Positions 58,568 to 64,000 of a DNA stretch of 64,000 nucleotides are shown in pieces; position 1 is the stretch's first letter, and each line of letters starts with the position of its first letter. The stretch is from an uncultured Candidatus Saccharibacteria bacterium (GTDB lineage Bacteria > Patescibacteriota > WWE3 > UBA101185 > UBA10185): NCBI GenBank assembly GCA_964490125.1, contig CAZBAJ010000001.1, positions 152,243-216,242 of the forward strand. Reading direction: 5' to 3'. The notes beneath the pieces are model-generated. The model did not search any database. It saw nothing but the letters and a program-made list of their open reading frames with translations, and was not told the DNA's origin. The translations under genes and the position numbers were made by a program.

Positions 58568-58822
58568 CTATTCTACCACACTCGCATCGTTATAAACTTC
58601 ATCCGATTGACTTGACTGCAAAGGCTCTTCCTGCGGAGTTGGTGTAGGTAATACATTTTCCACGACAGTTTGCTTTTTTACCGGTCTAAGTCTATTTAAA
58701 ATTCCACTGTTGTAAACAAAAACCAAGACATAGACCAAAACAACTAAAAATGCTCCTCTAAATATTAAGTCCTTAAGATACTGGTCGTCTTGCCTTTTTT
58801 CCATGTAAAAATTAAACCACAA
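58568..58822 (-). CDS. Small single-TM membrane protein; hypothetical
   Basis: One hydrophobic helix (GAFLVVLVYVLVFVY). Confidence 0.35.
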   Translation of the reverse strand: MWFNFYMEKRQDDQYLKDLIFRGAFLVVLVYVLVFVYNSGILNRLRPVKKQTVVENVLPTPTPQEEPLQSSQSDEVYNDASVVE

Positions 58823-58852
58823 AAACCCACTTTTAGGTAGTATACTTGGCGC

Positions 58853-59842
58853 ATGCAGATGAACGACTTGATTTGGGGCAAGGTAACTATCGACGATAAG
58901 GATGTTCTAGCGATTTTAAAGCATCCGGCTATGGACAGAGTAAAAAGGATTTGGATTTCTTCATACGGTTACCTGTTTAATTTGCAACGGAGTTCTACGC
59001 GGTTTGAGCATTGTTTAGGAGTTTACTTGTTATTGAGACATTTTAAGGCATCCACAAAAGAGCAACTTGCCGGGCTGATCCACGACGTTTCTCATACAGC
59101 GCTTTCGCACCTTTCTACCTACGCAATTCAGGGAAAATATACGGGCGAGGAGTTTCACGAGCTGATGCAGAAAAAGTTTATTGACGATTCGGGCTTAGCT
59201 GATTTGTTTGTTAACTTAGGCTACAATGCGGACGACTTATTACACACCGATAAATTTACGCTATTGGAAAATAACCTGCCGGATATTTGTGCTGACCGTA
59301 TTGATTACGCCCTTCGCGACGGTTTACATTTGCAAATACTTTCCCGTCAACAAGCGGATCAAATTATCAATGGGTTGGTTATAAAAAACGGCGAGTTTGT
59401 ATTTTCCAACGGTCAGTCAGCATTTTTATACTCATTTAACTTTTATTTACTAAATTTAATGTTTTACGGTTCCCCCGCGGAGGCTCATTTTAACAACGAC
59501 TTTGGAGCTTTGGTTAATTATGCCATGAAGACGGGAGTATTAAAGGAAAAAGATTGGTTTAGTGACGATGTTTATTTGATTGGAAAGCTTAAAAAGTCCA
59601 AAAATGCCAAAATCCAAAAGTGGCTAGGTAAATACAATCAAAAACTAGTAGTTTATGAGGACAGCGCGCATTCGGACAAGGTTTTTTCTAAAAAGATTCG
59701 GGTAGTGGATCCAAAAGTTATTGTGGGCGGCAAAATAAGTCGATTAAGTGAGATTAATGCCGTTTATTGCAAATTAATTACCGATTACCAAAAAAACCAT
59801 AAGGAACATACATTACCCGTCAAGGTTAATTATAAAGATTGA
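58853..59842 (+). CDS. HD domain phosphohydrolase
   Basis: H...HD motifs (FEHCLGVYLL; LIHDVSHTALSH). Confidence 0.75.
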   Translation: MQMNDLIWGKVTIDDKDVLAILKHPAMDRVKRIWISSYGYLFNLQRSSTRFEHCLGVYLLLRHFKASTKEQLAGLIHDVSHTALSHLSTYAIQGKYTGEEFHELMQKKFIDDSGLADLFVNLGYNADDLLHTDKFTLLENNLPDICADRIDYALRDGLHLQILSRQQADQIINGLVIKNGEFVFSNGQSAFLYSFNFYLLNLMFYGSPAEAHFNNDFGALVNYAMKTGVLKEKDWFSDDVYLIGKLKKSKNAKIQKWLGKYNQKLVVYEDSAHSDKVFSKKIRVVDPKVIVGGKISRLSEINAVYCKLITDYQKNHKEHTLPVKVNYKD

Positions 59843-61055
59843 AGTCGGTCCAAACTTCGTCCCGTAAAGCAGGACCTGCGGTGACTTTTATCTCTGTTCC
59901 ATCCACAGTCATTACCCCAAAAATAGCCGACTTCACATCGACATTTGAGAAAGCTTTATCGTCCCCATATCTTCCACCTGTATTAAAGGCTAAAAGCCTG
60001 GAAATATCGTATGGGGTTGGAATCTCTCTTTGTGTAAGTACCCTCATTAAATGTAAGGCTCGGTCAGCTAAGGCCTGTCTCTGCAAATTCCAAGCCAATG
60101 CCTCTTCATTCGCATTTTCATTACCTTCTAAAACCACCTTACCGTTTTGAGTATAAATATTTGTGCTTATCATGCGTGTGCCAGCTTTGGATTCGAGTTC
60201 TATTTTATCTACGGTGTCGAGTGCGAATTCTACTTTTCCTGCTTCTATGCCTACTTCCCCACGCCTTGCATAATTGACTACATAACCATCTGCAAACGGG
60301 GCTAAAGCTCTCATAATATCGTATGGATGCATGCCGTTCCCTATATAAGAAGCAGTCCACACAGCGGTATTTGCCAAAATTGCAGGTTCCTGATCCTCTT
60401 TTGTATGTTGCATATCGACACATAGAAACAAATCCTTTCCGAAGGTAAATCCAGCACCAGGTAGTAAGTCCGGGTATACAAAAGAGAAGTATTCGCTACC
60501 CCTAACCCCCTTTATCTTCACTATTCTCGTTTTGTCCACACGAGATCCGGGTTCATCCTCAACATCTTCTTCGTTATGCCAAAATATCACCTCTCCGCTT
60601 TCACCTCTAAGCAGACCGCTGATACATCCCACATTATCGTTTTGCAAAGATAAGGCGATAAGTAGATTAAGTTTGTCTCGTTCGTAAATGTCGCCCAAAA
60701 GTTCTGAGATTTGTCGATGTTCTAAGGAGCTAAAGTCTATTTCATCGGACCAGCTTTTAATTGCTTTCAAATATGCCTCCAGCCCCCCTTTAATTAATGG
60801 GTTCTCTTCATGCTTGATTCTATCCTCGATCACAGACAGACACTTGTCCGCAAATTCTAAATCTACCCTGAATACCGATGGATCATCCTCATCTATTAAT
60901 GTATCAACGGATTTTCTAGCCGCGTCCCGTACTTGTCGACCCAATTCTCTGTAGCTTTCCTCCAACGACAGTTCCGAAAGATCGACCAACTCAAGACTCC
61001 CAAGTCGCTCTTTTTCTATCTTTAGTCCTTCTAAATTAACCATATTTGCACGCAC
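59826..61055 (-). CDS. Hypothetical protein, possibly a C45/Ntn-hydrolase-like self-processing enzyme (Gly-Cys at ~140)
   Basis: DNVGCISGLL could be an Ntn autoprocessing site. Assignment tentative. Confidence 0.3.
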   Translation of the reverse strand: MRANMVNLEGLKIEKERLGSLELVDLSELSLEESYRELGRQVRDAARKSVDTLIDEDDPSVFRVDLEFADKCLSVIEDRIKHEENPLIKGGLEAYLKAIKSWSDEIDFSSLEHRQISELLGDIYERDKLNLLIALSLQNDNVGCISGLLRGESGEVIFWHNEEDVEDEPGSRVDKTRIVKIKGVRGSEYFSFVYPDLLPGAGFTFGKDLFLCVDMQHTKEDQEPAILANTAVWTASYIGNGMHPYDIMRALAPFADGYVVNYARRGEVGIEAGKVEFALDTVDKIELESKAGTRMISTNIYTQNGKVVLEGNENANEEALAWNLQRQALADRALHLMRVLTQREIPTPYDISRLLAFNTGGRYGDDKAFSNVDVKSAIFGVMTVDGTEIKVTAGPALRDEVWTDFNLYN

Positions 61056-61107
61056 ATTTTATCACGGGGGTCTTGATCCCTGATCCATTTCGTATTATAT
61101 TCGGTTT

Positions 61108-61365
61108 ATGATTCAGCAAGTCCGCATGCCGGTGTCGGTTAATTTAATTTACGACCATAAGAAAAACCGCGTCTCACCCGTCGCACTAAAATGGGATGGC
61201 GAGGTTAAAAAAGTTAAAACTGTGGATTTGCATCATTCCTACAGAACTGGTCGCACCCTATACCATGTGTTTTCTGTGTCAACCGAAGGCGCGTTTTTTA
61301 AGCTGGTGCTAAATACCGACAATCTTTTTTGGGAAGTTGAGGAGGTTTCGTGCGATGGAGTTTAA
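61108..61365 (+). CDS. Small hypothetical protein (85 aa) overlapping the dinB start by 29 nt
   Basis: The ORF is translationally coupled to dinB. No known motif. Confidence 0.4.
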   Translation: MIQQVRMPVSVNLIYDHKKNRVSPVALKWDGEVKKVKTVDLHHSYRTGRTLYHVFSVSTEGAFFKLVLNTDNLFWEVEEVSCDGV

Positions 61366-62578
61366 CCCAAAACCTTCCACCACTATGCATATTGATCTAA
61401 ATTCCTGCTTTGCCACTATTGAACAGCAAGCTAACCGGAATTTGCGTGGCAGACCGATTGCGGTGGCTTCCTACAACAGTCCCGGTGGGTGTATTTTGGC
61501 ACCTTCTGTTGAGGCCAAAAAGTTGGGTATTAAAACCGGTATGCGGGTTAAGGACGGAAAGCTGTTGTGTCCTGGGCTTATTGTTATGGAGCCGGATCCG
61601 CCCAAGTATCGATTTGTCCATCTAAAACTTAAAGAATTGGTGGGCAGGTATACGCCAAAAGCGGTGCCTAAGTCTATTGACGAGTTTGTGTTGGACTTGG
61701 AAGGCTGTCCCGCGTTTAAGATGGGCATGCGGGAAGTTGCCCAAAAAATTAAAGTTGACATTAAACAGGAAGTTGGCGACTTTATTACGGTTTCCATAGG
61801 CATTGCGCCAAACAGGTTTTTGGCAAAGTTGGCATCCGGTTTGCATAAGCCGGACGGATTGGACGAAATTAACAAAGCTAATTTTTTAGAAATTTATGGG
61901 CGACTTTGTCTGCAGGACTTGTGCGGTATTGCCCTAAATAATGCAGTGCGACTTGGAAACACGGGAATTTACACCGTTTTGGATTTTTACCGCGCGGATG
62001 TGGCGGTTTTAAAACAGGCTTTTCATTCCATTGGCGGTTACTACTGGTATTTGCGACTCCGGGGCTGGGAAATTGATGATGTAGAGTTTAGTCGTAAAAG
62101 TTTTGGTAATTCTTATGCCTTGCCCAAGCCGTTAGCTAGTCCGGAGGAGCTTTCACCCATACTTTCTAAATTGGTAGAAAAAATGTCTTTTAGACTGCGG
62201 ACTGCGGGATTTAAAGCCAGAGGCGTTGGTTTGTTTATAGATTATCGTGGGGGAAATTTTTGGCACAAAACCAGGTTAGCCGGGGAGTTTTTGTATGAGT
62301 CGGGCGACTTCTTTAGGTCCGCATATAAACTTTTGTGTCAGTCGCCTTATAAAGAACCGGTTGCGGTTTTGGCGGTATGTTGTTTTGACTTGGAAAAAGC
62401 CACGATTATTCAGCAGGACATGTTTGGCGCGCAGGAGAAAAAGTTTAATTTGGCAAATTCTGTGGATGTCATAAATTCCAAGTGGGGCAGTTTTGTTTTA
62501 GGCCCGGCAAGCCTGTTGCTGTCCAAGGAAAATGTTAGAGACCGTATTGCCTTTGGCGGGGTTAGGGATTTGTTATAA
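61337..62578 (+). CDS. dinB: Y-family DNA polymerase IV (DinB)
   Basis: HIDLNSCFATIEQ, SIDEFVLDL (catalytic D,E), ITVSIGIAPNRFLAKLAS. Confidence 0.85.
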   Translation: MRRFRAMEFNPKPSTTMHIDLNSCFATIEQQANRNLRGRPIAVASYNSPGGCILAPSVEAKKLGIKTGMRVKDGKLLCPGLIVMEPDPPKYRFVHLKLKELVGRYTPKAVPKSIDEFVLDLEGCPAFKMGMREVAQKIKVDIKQEVGDFITVSIGIAPNRFLAKLASGLHKPDGLDEINKANFLEIYGRLCLQDLCGIALNNAVRLGNTGIYTVLDFYRADVAVLKQAFHSIGGYYWYLRLRGWEIDDVEFSRKSFGNSYALPKPLASPEELSPILSKLVEKMSFRLRTAGFKARGVGLFIDYRGGNFWHKTRLAGEFLYESGDFFRSAYKLLCQSPYKEPVAVLAVCCFDLEKATIIQQDMFGAQEKKFNLANSVDVINSKWGSFVLGPASLLLSKENVRDRIAFGGVRDLL

Positions 62579-62585
62579 TACCGAC

Positions 62586-63264
62586 ATGGGGGATGAAGCA
62601 AAAGTAAAAAATAATGAGGGCGAGCTTCTGGCTATCGAAAGGTACAGACAAATAGAGAGGGGTTTGGTTCACGCCCCGATGTTGAAAAAAGAATGGTCTG
62701 AAGAAGATATGAGCGCAGTTTTGTCTACGGTTGGAGACCCAGAAGTTGTTAGAGCAGGTTTGGAGCATGTTCGTGGGCGGGAACTTTGCCATGTATTGAG
62801 ATTGCTGCGGGGGGGGGGAGATAGAAAGAGAGTTTGCTATTGCGTATTTGAGATATAGTCCAGAAGCTATTTTGCCTGATTCTAATACTGCAACAAGCGA
62901 ACGCAGAGATGTAAGATTGGTGGTGGGAAGCGAGGGAACGGACACTACCGCTTTCTGGACATTCGCACCTTATTTATTTGACGAGTTTAAACAACAAGAG
63001 ATCGACGAAATTATATGTATGAGACTGTTGTACAGATGGGTTGCGGATGGAAGATCTGTTTCACGCGCAAGTTCCCAATACGATCAAGACAGCCATCGCT
63101 ACATACACCTTAAGGGCTTAGAATGGCTAAACAGGTTTGGTCTTAATAGTAACATTTACGCGTTGGATCCATACGACCCGGAACATGTTTCACACGAGTT
63201 TACTAGAGAAGAGGCTACGCGCATTGCTCCTATAATTATAACGGAGTTTGGGGATAAAATTTAG
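62586..63264 (+). pseudogene. Hypothetical protein gene split by a frameshift in a G10 homopolymer (62809-62818); moderately GC-richer than its surroundings
   Basis: ORF 62532..62858 (frame 0) and ORF 62848..63264 (frame 1). Frame 1 is open from 62800 through the G tract. A +/-1 change in the tract fuses them (...LRLLRGGG-EIEREFAIAYLRYSPEA...). Confidence 0.45.
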
Positions 63265-64000
63265 GTTAAAAAACGATCAATAGTAGACAAAATTATGCAA
63301 CCGGTATTTGTTTAAGCATAAGAATAAAATATGCCCCAAAGGGTACATATTTAAACGAACTAATAGTCGTATTTCTCCGATTTAAGCCTGTAGTAACAAC
63401 CAATACTATATGACAAATATCCGTTTGTGCGCTTGATAAAATACGCGAACTATTTCCGTCCTGTAATAACAACAAAATCCACATATCCTTAAAAAATAAG
63501 TGAACTATGTCAGGAGTATAGTTTGAAGGCTGTTAATACAACCTAAAAACGCTGACACATAAATACACACTCGAATACACAAACAAAGATCTAAATACTA
63601 AGTCGCGCTAGATAAACTAACAGATACTCACATAAACACACAGATACATCAAAAATCTAAATAAATACATATCGGAATATACTTAAGCACCCCAATACCA
63701 ATACGACTCACTGTCACCAAGATTAGACAATAATACCCAAAGAATTCAAGTCCGCCACCGTGACTGTAATTACAGCCACCGTAGCCTACGATATTTACGA
63801 ACTAGGGTAGTTCACTAATTATTCTAGAAAACTAGGTATTTGCTTTAACAACGGCTTAAAAATAGTTCGCAAATAAATATAACTGAACAATGTCACAAAT
63901 GTCATACAGTTAACGCCGTAGTAAAAGCCTTAAATCTATAAAAAGCAGTTTATTGTTCGTTTAAATATAGGGTCTGTGGACTAATAAAAAAAACGGCTGG

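Noticed and set aside
63699-63718. 13-nt identity to the T7 promoter core (AATACGACTCACT)
   Set aside because: The initiation region (-4 to +1) does not match, no phage-type RNAP gene is in the window, and no vector-like flanking sequence is present. It is kept only as a curiosity inside the terminal-region finding.
63470-63990. DnaA-box-like sequences (aaaTCCACA near 63474; TGTGGActa near 63978) suggesting oriC
   Set aside because: They are only 6-7 of 9 matches, with no cluster of boxes, no dnaA/dnaN nearby and no AT-rich unwinding-element pattern.
1-64000. CRISPR arrays, rRNA genes, transposases or integrases
   Set aside because: No regularly spaced 25-40-bp repeats, no rRNA-like conserved blocks and no DDE or tyrosine-recombinase motifs were seen in any frame.

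Overview
This is a 64-kb, gene-dense window from an AT-rich (roughly 40% GC by eye) bacterial chromosome, with almost no non-coding space and many overlapping start/stop codons. The gene content looks like a streamlined genome; a Patescibacteria/CPR-like organism is my inference only and cannot be confirmed from the sequence. The content is a cell-wall/division cluster (murA-like, mraY, ftsW, murG, ftsQ, ftsA, ftsZ) with six small-molecule metabolism genes inserted between ftsW and murG, a B12-dependent class II ribonucleotide reductase beside a PduO-type adenosyltransferase, gatCAB, PolX, a PolA-like polymerase, DinB and a UvrC C-terminus. Ribosomal proteins L21, L27 and L19, a ClpE-like ATPase, a P-type ATPase, a thioredoxin-CcdA fusion, a surface-glycan module and five tRNAs (Val-CAC, Thr-CGU, Trp-CCA, Asp-GUC, Lys-UUU) are also present. 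I found no rRNA, no CRISPR array and no recognisable transposase or integrase. The most interesting candidates follow. (1) An ORF6N DNA-binding protein beside tRNA-Lys, three copies of a 25-27-bp palindromic operator-like motif, and a tightly packed minus-strand operon encoding a PRTase, an LmbE/PIG-L deacetylase, an ASCH protein and a KxDG RNA ligase. (2) A HEPN/DUF4145-like protein and a HicB-like protein inserted with zero spacing inside the gatC-gatA-gatB operon. (3) Two long poly-G/C tracts (C9, G10) that each split a gene by a frameshift, plus an in-frame amber codon in tsaC. (4) A trio of Cys-rich DnaJ-type zinc-finger microproteins. (5) A retropepsin-like protease paired with a small DUF5678-like protein. 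(6) A tandem-repeat candidate sRNA between ftsZ and a solo MazF-like toxin gene. All family assignments come from reading motifs by eye; no database search was possible.
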